A stretch of 62,962 nucleotides of DNA, counting the filler, from Aduncisulcus paluster (lineage: Eukaryota), in NCBI GenBank assembly GCA_024181965.1. It is 6 parts of 6 records of this genome, joined end to end, with 100 filler letters (N's around TTAATTAATTAA, not from the genome) between each part and the next. Parts side by side here need not be neighbours in the genome. Positions count along the whole stretch, not along the records: positions 1 to 11,855 come from BQXS01009994.1; positions 11,956 to 32,977 come from BQXS01009995.1; 4 more parts are not named here. One strand, written 5' to 3'. Below, piece after piece: positions 9,882 through 20,134 of this stretch; position 1 is the stretch's first letter; each line of letters begins with the position of its first letter. The notes under the pieces are model-generated. The model did not search any database, was not told the DNA's origin, and saw only the letters and a list, made by a program, of their open reading frames with translations. The position numbers and the translations under genes were made by a program.

Positions 9882-11507
9882 ATGTCTGTAACACCCCTTG
9901 ATATAGAAACTATTGTTCCTCCTGTTAAGCCAGCTGCACGAACAAAAATTGTTGCCACGATTGGCCCTGCTTGTAACACTGAAAGCAAACTACTTGAATT
10001 GTTTTCGACTGGAGTTGATGTTTTCCGCTTGAATTTTTCTCACGGAGAATTCACTGAGAAAGCTGAAGTCATATCAATTTTGCGCAAAATTGAAGGAAAA
10101 TCAAAGAAACCGTTGACAATTATGGCTGATTTGCCGGGGCCCAAACTTAGAATATGTAAATTTGAGATGGGTCAGACTATGCTTGAAAATGGATCATTGT
10201 TCACCTTTGATTCTCAAGTTGATGTGTTGGGAACCGATAGTAGGATCGCTGTCGATTCTCCTGAGATTTTTTCAGCACTTAAAGTTGGAGATCGTATTCT
10301 TTTGGATGATGGACACATTCAAGTATCCGTTACTGAGGCATTCACCGATAAATGCGTATGTAAAGTTATTTCAGGTGGTCCTCTTAAGAATAGAAAAGGT
10401 TTTAACCTTCCTGACAGTCCATTACCAGCCTCAATTCCAACCGAACAAGATAAGGAGATTATCAAGTTTGTTCTTACCCAAGATATTGATGCCGTTGCCC
10501 TGTCTTTCGTCCAAACTCCTGATGATGTTTCACGTGCCCGTGAGCTTATTGGTGATGATTTGATGATTATTTCAAAATTGGAGAAACCCACTGCTCTTGA
10601 GAGGAAAAATCTTGAGAGCATCATTGATCTTTCCGATGGAATTATGATCGCTCGTGGAGATATGGGCATTGAAGCTGATGTTTTGAAGCTTGCATTATAT
10701 CAGAAAGATATTGCAAGCATCTGTCGTCTAAGAGGTAAGCCCTGTATTATCGCAACTATGATGCTTGATTCAATGACCAAGGCTCTGATTCCTACACGTG
10801 CTGAGATTTGTGATACTGCGAACGCCGTTCTAGATTTGAGTGATGCAACAATGCTTTCTGCTGAGACTGCTGTTGGCAAACATCCAAATCACGTTGTTTC
10901 CTTCATGGAGAGTCTATTATCCAAGACTGAGCGTTCAGACCATTGGATGCGCAACGCTTTGATGAATCGGAAACAACTCGCTCACACTGATTCTCCGAAG
11001 GAATGTGGTAGTGTTCTTGAAGATCATACTCCTGTTGGTGTTGTTCATTCATTTAGAGAATCCGACTCTCTCCTAAAGTCTGCTCGGTTAATTATTTCAA
11101 AGAAAGATCACAAATATCAGCGGGATAGGATTGCCGATTCAATGGCTCAGGCTGCTGTCCTCGTTGGAGAAGCAATTCCTGCCCGAGTTATTGCTCTCTA
11201 TGCTCATTCTCTCCGCGATGTTCAGAGAATATCTCGTTTGAGACCCAATGCTGATATTCTGGCCATGACATCAGATCAACATGTTGCCCGAGGATTGAAT
11301 TTTATGTGGGGAGTGCATCCAGTATTCATGACTAAGGAAGAGTATGGACAACTTTCTTACTCAAAGATTGTTGATGTATGTAAAACTTTCCCAACTAGGC
11401 TTCATCTTCTGAAGGACGAGGAGAAGATCGTGTTCATTGGAACAAAACCTATCGATGTGCCAAACACATATAATAGGCTCCGTATTTTAAATGCAAAAGT
11501 TGAATAA
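9882..11507 (+). CDS. pyk: Pyruvate kinase, prokaryote-type (K+-independent signature)
   Basis: 'RTKIVATIGP', 'VFRLNFSHG', 'ADLPGPKLRI', 'IISKLEKP', 'GIMIARGDMGIE', 'PTRAE', 'MLSAETAVG'. Confidence 0.97.
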   Translation: MSVTPLDIETIVPPVKPAARTKIVATIGPACNTESKLLELFSTGVDVFRLNFSHGEFTEKAEVISILRKIEGKSKKPLTIMADLPGPKLRICKFEMGQTMLENGSLFTFDSQVDVLGTDSRIAVDSPEIFSALKVGDRILLDDGHIQVSVTEAFTDKCVCKVISGGPLKNRKGFNLPDSPLPASIPTEQDKEIIKFVLTQDIDAVALSFVQTPDDVSRARELIGDDLMIISKLEKPTALERKNLESIIDLSDGIMIARGDMGIEADVLKLALYQKDIASICRLRGKPCIIATMMLDSMTKALIPTRAEICDTANAVLDLSDATMLSAETAVGKHPNHVVSFMESLLSKTERSDHWMRNALMNRKQLAHTDSPKECGSVLEDHTPVGVVHSFRESDSLLKSARLIISKKDHKYQRDRIADSMAQAAVLVGEAIPARVIALYAHSLRDVQRISRLRPNADILAMTSDQHVARGLNFMWGVHPVFMTKEEYGQLSYSKIVDVCKTFPTRLHLLKDEEKIVFIGTKPIDVPNTYNRLRILNAKVE

Positions 11508-11855
11508 GTACATTTTTAAAAAAAATTTTTTATCAGTTTTTCAACTTGATCAAAATAAATTCTTCTCAAATTTGTTTTTCCATCTTCAATATAGAGGACT
11601 TTTTCGAAAAATGGCCTTTGTTAGTATGATGGTATTACAATGTTGTTTATTTATTATTGACAGAAACTATTATTATTATTTATTATTTTGAAGTTATCAT
11701 CTTATTATATTAAAGGATTAAGAATGTTTTATTTTTTGGTTCCGGTTTGGTTTCAAATCCAAAAACTGGGAATTTATATTTTATTTCAAAATAGTAAATT
11801 TGCTCCAAGCATAAATTCTGTAGAACAGCTAACAATAATATTATTGTACAAATGC

Positions 11856-11955
11856 NNNNNNNNNNNNNNNNNNNNNNNNNNNNNNNNNNNNNNNNNNNNT
11901 TAATTAATTAANNNNNNNNNNNNNNNNNNNNNNNNNNNNNNNNNNNNNNNNNNNN
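11856..11955. other. Artificial contig-joining spacer N44-TTAATTAATTAA-N44 (also 32978-33077, 43614-43713, 49687-49786, 56920-57019)
   Basis: Identical 100-bp structure five times; the 12-mer gives stops in all six frames. Confidence 0.97.
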
Positions 11956-11993
11956 AAAACCAATAAAATCAATTCGTTTGTTCTTTTCAGGCA

Positions 11994-12260
11994 TTATTTC
12001 TTGATTCCTAATAATTCAACATCAAATATGAGAGTGGAATCAGGTGGAATAGAATCGCCAGCTCCACGGCCCGTGGCATGGGCACCATAAACATAATCAG
12101 GATCGATTTGATTACAATCGTGGCTCTTTCACCAACACATAATGTAAGAAAGGCTTCATCCCAAACACTGATAACCATACACATTCCAACTGCAAATTCA
12201 AAAACCTACGATATCGCTTTCCATGATTGTCACATTGTCAATCTGGGGTGAAATAGCACA
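11994..12260 (-). pseudogene. FKBP-type peptidyl-prolyl isomerase pseudogene
   Basis: Manual translation: VFEFAVGMCMVISVWDEAFLTLCVGERATIVI / (5-nt insertion, frameshift) DPDYVYGA[HATG]RGAGDSIPPDSTLIFDVELLGIKK*. Upstream 'SPQIDNVTI' lies in another frame with stops. Confidence 0.85.
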
Positions 12261-12300
12261 AAGATCAGTATTAAATGTATCGGATGATCAGGATCTGGCA

Positions 12301-12340
12301 TTGGAGTTGGAGTTGGAGTTGGAGTTGGAGTTGGAGTTGG
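12301..12340 (+). repeat. (TTGGAG)n hexamer microsatellite
   Basis: About 6.5 perfect copies. Confidence 0.9.
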
Positions 12341-12492
12341 GTGGAATTAAATGGGAGAAGGAAATGTCGTGTTCCATGAAGCATCAGGGGATTAGATTCG
12401 TAGCAGTATACAGACATATATATAGCATCGTATTCCGAGTTCTTGATATCTCTGATTGTCTTGATAACCATTTGAGAAAGTATTTTCTATTA

Positions 12493-15348
12493 TTATATAT
12501 CAATGGTTGCTCTCCCTATCTCTTCTCCCTTGATATAGCAAATACACAAATGTGGACAGCATAGGACTTTCTCAATGGAATCTGGGACTCCCATGAAATC
12601 ATTGTGAATTCCCTGTCTTCTTTTCCTTATGAAAGTCGTCAGATAAGGAGGAAACACAATCAATTCAGATCCTTCACAAACCCCACAGCACTCTGCCTCA
12701 TAGTTGGGCAGCACAATAGACACAAAGACAGAATGAACGAGGGGAACTTCTTCAGGGATCATCATGTCTCGAATAAGATCATGATCATGTCCAACTGAAC
12801 CTTGGGCAGAATAATCATCATCGGAATCATCAGTGAAAGACTCTTTCAGATTAGAAGATAGAGAGTGGATATTCTCATAGAGGGCATTTTGAGAAGAATC
12901 ATCGGGAGCAGTTCTAATTTTAGATTCAGTAGGAATCATTCCTCTCTCCACACTGATCCTTTCCTCACTTATCCTTTCCTCTTCCTTTTCCTCTTCCTCT
13001 TCCTTTTCCTCTTCTCCTCTTTCTTCTTCTCCTTCCTGTTGAATAATACCTTCACATAAGCTGATATCACCTTCAACGACAACTCTACTGATAAAAACAA
13101 CGAGAGGTTTTGGAATCTGTTGTTTCCTATGATGGTCACTTGAACCAGTTCCTGATAGACTAGACAAAGGAGCTGATGATTTCACAATGTCCTGGCTCAG
13201 TGTAGCTCCTTCATTTTTGAATGCATTGATAATGTCTATCCTACTCTTCTTCTCAATATCTCTCACTTTCACAAGTTCCATTCCTATTCCATCGTATTCA
13301 ATGCACTTTCGGACAAATCTCGGTGTAAAGTCCCCATTTGGGAGGATATACTTGCTCGAAGCCCTGATCTGTCGCATTCCACTAACATCTCCACTCACAT
13401 CCCCAGTGTCTCCATCTGCACCTCCAGCCGTCCTTCTCTTCCGTTTCTCGGCATCAAGGACAACGGCTCTTCTCAGATCACCCATTTCATCCACACACAG
13501 TTCAGGTACAAGCACATCTTCTCCATCTCCAAGCTTGACTATGCTATCTCTGTGCTTGACCATAGATGGACTGTTCTGTCCAAATGGATGCATAATCCCA
13601 AGATCTACTCCTAGCTCAGACTCTGAGTGACTACGCATGAATGGCAGGTCAATATCTGTTGATTGTTTGCCACGAGGAGATCCTTCTCCTTTTCTTCTTG
13701 TATAATTTCTTCCAGTAATATCCAATTCTCCCCTCACGTGAGTACTAGTAGTATGCTTAGAGTATTGAATTGGATGCAAGAGAGAGATAGACTCATTATT
13801 ACCTATATCATCATTTCCATGTGTAGAGACGTATCCTTCTCCTTGAAGCTGCATGCGATCAAGTCTATGGCATGTCCCATCCTCTCCTTCTGCTCTATCT
13901 CCTTCTGCTCTATGTCTGGTAATATGTATAGGACCAGGTGTCTCTTCTCTCTCACTCATGTCTCTGTCTAATGGATTCCTGCCGTCACCTGAAGTGCCTA
14001 GAATAACACTCTTGGACTCACATTGCCTGATAGTTGTCCCGGAAACATATATAATACCCTGCCCGACTCCAACAATCCCGCTTTCCTTCTCTTTTTCCTC
14101 TTGCAGTCGTCTGATCTCCTCTCCTTTCCGCTGATCCTTCTCCACAAGCATCGTATACAGTGACAATGGAGGAGTGCCAAGAATAGGACTAAGGATTTGC
14201 TCTCCTATTTCTGCTCTCCTGACAGAGGGATGTTCCAGTGTACATGATCGACATCCTGTTGATATTGCCCCAATATGTGTTGATATTGCCCCAATATGGC
14301 TTGCAGAAGACTCATGTCCAACAGTGGTATGTGGTCTGCCTTTCATCCCCCCTCTTACCCTATCCAGGTCGGAATATGTTGGATTATCTTCATTATCTGC
14401 TTGCTCTTTTTCTCCTCCTTCAACTATGTGAAGAGCTATATCAAGAAATGATGTATTGGCGGTCTTTTGAGGCTCTAAGGGGGAGTATGGGGGACTATTA
14501 CATCGAGGGGAGGATGTGTGTGTATGTTTAGCTATTCCAATGGGTAATGGGCTCTCAATTGGCGATATACTCTTTCCTGAGTCACGCCTGGACCCTGATT
14601 GATTCCCCTTCATCCTTGAAAGCTGGATGGACAATGGATGGGGGGAGATCTGTTCTTGATGGTATGGAAGGGCAACATCAAGCATATCCATAAAGAAATC
14701 ACGTTGTATTTGCTCCGTTTCTTTGGGATTTGACTCTTGGTTTCCGGGTGCTTGAGTTGGTCTAGAAATCGCAGTAAATGAATGATTTGGGGGGTTTGAT
14801 TGTCCCAGCTTCTCTGATGTCATAGTAAAATCAAATTTATCACCCCCAATCGATTGTTTAGACGTTGATTTGCTTGCTTGATATAATTCTTGAAATGTTG
14901 TCGGCTTGGATTGAATTGGAGACGTTGGGGAGGTAAAAGGAATAAGTTTCTTTCTAATTTTGGTACCAGTTGAAGAAATTGGTCGTCGAATTTTTCCCTG
15001 CCTTTGAGACAAGGTCTTAAAACCTCTATTTCGACGTTTTCGAATTGGAATGGCACTATTTTCATTCATAAATGCTTGATCTTTCATAGGAATCATTTTA
15101 TCGGGTTCTATTTGTTCGATATCATCCACTATAACCTCTTTACATCTTCCAAATTCTGTTTTAGATGGTTTTGAGGTAGAAGGCATAACAGCTGAAGATA
15201 TAAATCCCGAAGAGGTTTCATGATCATCTCGATCTGATTTTTCCACCAAAGCCAGGTATTCCTTCACAATTTCATCATCATCATCACTTACATCCAACTC
15301 TTCATCCAATAAAACTTCTGAAAAAGAAGATTCTTCTATATTGCTCAT
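12493..15348 (-). CDS. Hypothetical low-complexity protein, 951 aa
   Basis: Long uninterrupted ORF; no recognisable family; short internal tandem duplications. Confidence 0.7.
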   Translation of the reverse strand: MSNIEESSFSEVLLDEELDVSDDDDEIVKEYLALVEKSDRDDHETSSGFISSAVMPSTSKPSKTEFGRCKEVIVDDIEQIEPDKMIPMKDQAFMNENSAIPIRKRRNRGFKTLSQRQGKIRRPISSTGTKIRKKLIPFTSPTSPIQSKPTTFQELYQASKSTSKQSIGGDKFDFTMTSEKLGQSNPPNHSFTAISRPTQAPGNQESNPKETEQIQRDFFMDMLDVALPYHQEQISPHPLSIQLSRMKGNQSGSRRDSGKSISPIESPLPIGIAKHTHTSSPRCNSPPYSPLEPQKTANTSFLDIALHIVEGGEKEQADNEDNPTYSDLDRVRGGMKGRPHTTVGHESSASHIGAISTHIGAISTGCRSCTLEHPSVRRAEIGEQILSPILGTPPLSLYTMLVEKDQRKGEEIRRLQEEKEKESGIVGVGQGIIYVSGTTIRQCESKSVILGTSGDGRNPLDRDMSEREETPGPIHITRHRAEGDRAEGEDGTCHRLDRMQLQGEGYVSTHGNDDIGNNESISLLHPIQYSKHTTSTHVRGELDITGRNYTRRKGEGSPRGKQSTDIDLPFMRSHSESELGVDLGIMHPFGQNSPSMVKHRDSIVKLGDGEDVLVPELCVDEMGDLRRAVVLDAEKRKRRTAGGADGDTGDVSGDVSGMRQIRASSKYILPNGDFTPRFVRKCIEYDGIGMELVKVRDIEKKSRIDIINAFKNEGATLSQDIVKSSAPLSSLSGTGSSDHHRKQQIPKPLVVFISRVVVEGDISLCEGIIQQEGEEERGEEEKEEEEEKEEERISEERISVERGMIPTESKIRTAPDDSSQNALYENIHSLSSNLKESFTDDSDDDYSAQGSVGHDHDLIRDMMIPEEVPLVHSVFVSIVLPNYEAECCGVCEGSELIVFPPYLTTFIRKRRQGIHNDFMGVPDSIEKVLCCPHLCICYIKGEEIGRATIDI

Positions 15349-15879
15349 ATTATATTTACCTTTTTCTATTCAAATTGAAATTACATGAACAATTTTGGAA
15401 CAACAATATGTTGTTCGTCCACAAAAAAGAATTTGATTTTTAATGATTGGTGGAGATTAAAAAAATATCTGAAATTATAATTCACNNNNNNNNNNNNNNN
15501 NNNNNAGAAGGCATAACAGCTGAAGATATAAATCCCGAAGAGGTTTCATGATCATCTCGATCTTATTTTTCCACCAAAGCCAGGTATTCCTTCACAATTT
15601 CATCATCATCATCACTTACATCCAACTCTTCATCCAATAAAACTTCTGAAAAAGAAGATTCTTCTATATTGCTCATATTATATTTACCTTTTTCTATTCA
15701 AATTGAAATTACATGAACAATTTTGGAACAACAATATGTTGTTCGTCCACAAAAAAGAATTTGATTTTTAATGATTGGTGGAGATTAAAAAAATATCTGA
15801 AATTATAATTCACGATTAAAACGTATGTTTATTTTGCAATATCATGAAAAGTATTATAAGAAAAATGATTAATTCCCAT

Positions 15880-16307
15880 ACTGTTTGGAAGAGCACAAAG
15901 AAAGTGGTTTGGACTCATTTTGAGAAGAGAAAACTGGATTGGCAATTGTGCCACTTTCTGTTGCTAAAGAAAGAATCAAAGAACGCTTGAAGAAGAGCAA
16001 CTATCAAGAATCATTATCAAAGAATAGGACGACAAGTTCGGCTTTTTTCAATGGTTGGAAACAACATTGGGGAATAGTATTGATGTCATTGATGCCATTG
16101 ATGTTATTGATTTGTTATTCGAGGTTCAAATGAGTTAAGCGAGGGGCAGTTGTGCCATTTTCTTAATTATTTTCAGAGAGAATGGGTGGAAACCAAGAGC
16201 AACGAATAGAACCAGAAAGTTGAGTGTTTTAAATTTGTAGCAGTATTTTAGGGAGTAGTATGGCAAATAATAAACATTTAAGTTCAGTTTTATGTCAATA
16301 AAAAGAA
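15880..16307 (+). mobile_element. Decayed transposase relic (Mutator-like?), dispersed repeat copy 1
   Basis: About 16067-16307 matches the reverse complement of about 27055-27390. Broken frames give 'WTHFEKRKLDWQLCHF' and 'LCHFLNYFQREWVE' with stops. Confidence 0.45.
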
Positions 16308-16382
16308 CAATAGATTGATTCTGTTTCACTACACAGTTTAGTTTTCTTGAATACGAAGCACCACCGAACTATTAATCAAAAA

Positions 16383-17609
16383 TTATCTCAGATAAGAAGG
16401 TTCTTGTTCCAATCTTGTTTTAGCCACAATTAAAGCTTCTTCATATTCTCCAACACTTTCTCTGAGAATTTTAATAGCGTGATTAATATCAGATTTTGTC
16501 CTCACAGAGATATCAGCTTTGAATAACTCGAAATCAGAGAGTGCCAAATCCACCTGAGTTTGAAGTTCAAGTTCCTTTCTAATCATCTCCTCAAGCTCAA
16601 TTTTACACTGGTCTTTTCTATCTAATATGTCGTTATTCTCAATCTGGAGGCTTCGAACAGCAAGTTTCTTTGAGGGAGTTCTGGGCTCATGTAGAGAAGA
16701 AATGGAAGATGTTGATCCTGTAACAAAGCTAGAAGAGCCAGCTAAACTTGGAGATAATGGTTCAATTCCTTTAGAACCTGCAGCCTCCTCGAGTTTGGCC
16801 ACCTTTTCGGCAATAGTTCTTTCAGTATCTTCAATTTCGTCTTTATATTTAATTCCAAGCTCAATCTCATCGTCAAGCTGCTTTGCAAGGTTTAAAATAA
16901 GATTAAAAACAAGTTTTTCAGTCTTTTCTACTCGAACTGAGGGTAATTTATCCATAACTTCTCTCTTCTGACCCTTTGTTCGGGGTAACAACCGTTTCTC
17001 TTCCTCGCTTTTCTTCAACATAAGAATAATATTCTCCATGCGAAGTTTAGTCCTCTGAATTAAAGGATCTATCTCACTTTCTCCTGAAATAACAGGAGGA
17101 ACCTCACAGTGATCTTCAAGCCATTCTTCACTGCCTTCATTAAGAATAACTCTAGTGGTACCGGTCAAATAGGTCGTACATTCCTTGCCAAAGATTGTAA
17201 CAATATCACGTTGATCTCTTCTCTCCCATTCTCGCCGAAGAGTCCTCATTGCTTTTAATTCCTCTTTAACCTTTTCCATCTCCTTTTCACGTCTATGGCT
17301 TTCCTTTTCCTTCATGTCATCCTCTTCAATAGCTCTTCCGCCAGCTCCACCCTTCAATAAAACGTCAACTTGATTCTGGAGCATATCCCGTTCACGTTGA
17401 CGTTCTTTAAGCTTACGTTGCAACATAGTTATTCTGTTTCTAAGGTTACTCGACTCAAATCCGGAATATTTTTCAATATGCTGACTTAATACACGATTCT
17501 TTTGAGAAAGTCGAAGATTAACACTTGACTCAGCTTTAATCTGAGATTTCAAATGTTGAATGGTTTCTTTCAATTGTGACTCGATACTTTTGCTTTCCTC
17601 GGACGACAT
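16383..17609 (-). CDS. Coiled-coil protein, unknown function
   Basis: ORF with heptad-rich E/K/L segments; first ATG at 17609 (MSSEESK). Confidence 0.75.
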   Translation of the reverse strand: MSSEESKSIESQLKETIQHLKSQIKAESSVNLRLSQKNRVLSQHIEKYSGFESSNLRNRITMLQRKLKERQRERDMLQNQVDVLLKGGAGGRAIEEDDMKEKESHRREKEMEKVKEELKAMRTLRREWERRDQRDIVTIFGKECTTYLTGTTRVILNEGSEEWLEDHCEVPPVISGESEIDPLIQRTKLRMENIILMLKKSEEEKRLLPRTKGQKREVMDKLPSVRVEKTEKLVFNLILNLAKQLDDEIELGIKYKDEIEDTERTIAEKVAKLEEAAGSKGIEPLSPSLAGSSSFVTGSTSSISSLHEPRTPSKKLAVRSLQIENNDILDRKDQCKIELEEMIRKELELQTQVDLALSDFELFKADISVRTKSDINHAIKILRESVGEYEEALIVAKTRLEQEPSYLR

Positions 17610-17919
17610 GACACAAAGATAATGGGTCAAAAATTTTGAAATCTTAATTCCTGTATATTGAATTGAAATTTGATAGCCGAAGAAAATGTAATTTTTATTC
17701 TGATAGTCATTTTAATTTCTTCATGGCTATGCGATATAACAGATATAGCTAGCTGTACGATTTGGTCTGGATCTGTTGTCACCCGTGAAATTTTTAAATA
17801 ATAATAAAAACCACGAGTTTTTTGATATTACTCGATCACAACTATTAAAACACCGAAGGGTATCTACTTCATAGAATAGAACTAAAGGAGTATTGGCGTT
17901 TTGATCAATTTACACAGAT

Positions 17920-18141
17920 ATGGCAAACATATGGTCATTTGGTGGGGCTTTAGTAGCAATATTGTTAATAATTTGTTCATGTACATATATAAAAGGGACA
18001 CCATTCCTCGCCAAGTTTTTTTTGAAAGAGAAACATGGTTTTAAGGGGACGTTCTACAAAGCAGCAGTAATTGGAGAGAGATTACATGTTATTGTCTGTG
18101 CTTTATGTATCATAGCAGCAATATCTCTTGTCTTCATGTGA
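17920..18141 (+). CDS. KSH1: Protein Kish (TMEM167/Ksh1)
   Basis: 73 aa; 'LVAILLIICSCTYI...HGFKGTFYKAAVIGERL' is the Kish family signature. Confidence 0.93.
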   Translation: MANIWSFGGALVAILLIICSCTYIKGTPFLAKFFLKEKHGFKGTFYKAAVIGERLHVIVCALCIIAAISLVFM

Positions 18142-18458
18142 TAAATTATAAGATATTATGCCTTGTTCGAGAGACTCGTCCAGACCCTCAATTATTATAA
18201 TAAATTCCCAATTATATTGTAATTTTATCAAATGTATTTAGATATTTCAGCTTTATGAGCCAATATTCCTGGATTGAGATGTCATTTTCACTGAATTTTT
18301 TTCAGAAAGCTGGAATATGGATAATCTCAATTAGATCACCAAGTATCAAATTTAATTTTTGATATGTTACTAACAACCAAATAATTGCTCACTTATAATT
18401 TCTGTTTCTATGCACATTTCTTGCAGAAATAGAAATTCACTGCTTTTTGAAGGCTTCA

Positions 18459-19969
18459 ATGAGTTTGATTGCTGGAAAATATGAAATTTTGCAATCCCTT
18501 GGTAGTGGGACCTATGGGACCGTGTACAAAGTAGAATCTACTGATAAATCAAAAAGAAACGTATGTTAATTTGAAATTTTTGCTAAACAAAGTTTTTATA
18601 AAAGCTACAAACGTAACGCCAATATATTTCTTCAATAGAAAACCTTTGCTTGTAAAGAAATCGATTATGGTAAAATGAATGATAAAGAAAAAGAACTCTT
18701 AGTTTCGGAAGTTAACATTTTACGTGAGTTAGACCACCTTCATATTGTTCATTATGTTGATCGGTATATTGAAAAAGAGAAGACTAAATTGTATATTATT
18801 ATGGAATTCTGTGGTGGTGGTGATTTGGCACAGTACATCAAGAACCACCGTGCCAAACGTCACTATGTTAAAGAAGACCGCATTTGGAATATATTTGTTC
18901 AGATTTTGATGGCTTTATATGAGTGTCATCATCANNNNNNNNNNNNNNNNNNNNAAAAAGAAACGTATGTTAATTTGAAATTTTTGCTAAACAAAGTTTT
19001 TATAAAAGCTACAAACGTAACGCCAATATATTTCTTCAATAGAAAACCTTTGATTGTAAAGAAATCGATTATGGTAAAATGAATGATAAAGAAAAAGAAC
19101 TCTTAGTTTCGGAAGTTAACATTTTACGTGAGTTAGACCACCTTCATATTGTTCATTATGTTGATCGGTATATTGAAAAAGAGAAGACTAAATTGTATAT
19201 TATTATGGAATTCTGTGGTGGTGGTGATTTGGCACAGTACATCAAGAACCACCGTGCCAAACGTCAATATGTTAAAGAAGACCGCATTTGGAATATATTT
19301 GTTCAGATTTTGATGGCTTTATATGAGTGTCATCATCATAAACCCAAGAAAGTTCTTCACAGAGATCTCAAACCAGGAAACATAATGTTGGATGAGGATG
19401 GAAAGATCAAGATTGCCGACTTTGGTCTTGCACGTACCCTTGGTCAGGAGTCTCTTGCAAAGACTACCGTTGGAACTCCTTTGTATATGGCTCCTGAACA
19501 GATCGGTAAAGCCGCTTATGATGAGAAATGTGATGTGTGGGCCCTCGGATGTGTTTTATATGAGCTCGCTGCTCTTTCTCCTCCATTCACTGCCAAGACC
19601 ACTGATTCTCTCCATGCAAAGATCAGGCTGGGAAAGTATCCTCCTCTCTCCGATAAAGTGTACTCACGGTCATTAATGGCCATAATTGACAAAATGCTCT
19701 GCAAATCGCCCCAAAGAAGACCCACAATTGGGGACTTGCTTCGCGATGCAGCCGTCCAGCCCTATTATAGGGAATATAAGGAGGCTGAGAGAGACACTGG
19801 CTTGAAGAGTCGTGAAGATCTTCTGAAACAACAAGAGCTTGCCCTAAAGAAAGAAAGGGAGCTTATTGAGAGTGAAAAGAGAGAGTTAGCTCGCAAAAGG
19901 GAAGAATTGAAAAGATTATCTGAGCAATTAGATCGGAGAGAAGCTATCTTACGAAGGAGAGGCTTCTGA
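18459..19969 (+). CDS. NEK2: NIMA-related kinase, NEK2-like; intron 18561-18638; 404-bp gap-flank duplication inside
   Basis: Exon 1 MSLIAGKYEILQSLGSGTYGTVYKV... splices (GTATGT..AATAG) to KTFACKEIDYGKMNDKEKELLVSEVNILREL. HRDLKPGN, DFG, GTPLYMAPE and a C-terminal coiled coil follow. About 342 aa after removing the duplication. Confidence 0.93.
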
Positions 19970-20134
19970 GAAGGACAATAAATATTATTTATTGAATAAA
20001 TAAAAACAAACGAACAACAACAATGATTCAGCGAACTTAAAACTTGATTCACAGCCTTTGATCGCCGATCTGCGTTTGACCCTAGTTTGAAATTCGAAAA
20101 TCCAATTTTCTCTCTGTTTGAATTTCGGGTCGCA

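Noticed and set aside
11900-11911. Recurring TTAATTAATTAA motif within N runs
   Set aside because: Synthetic six-frame-stop linker used to concatenate contigs; genes across it are not neighbours.
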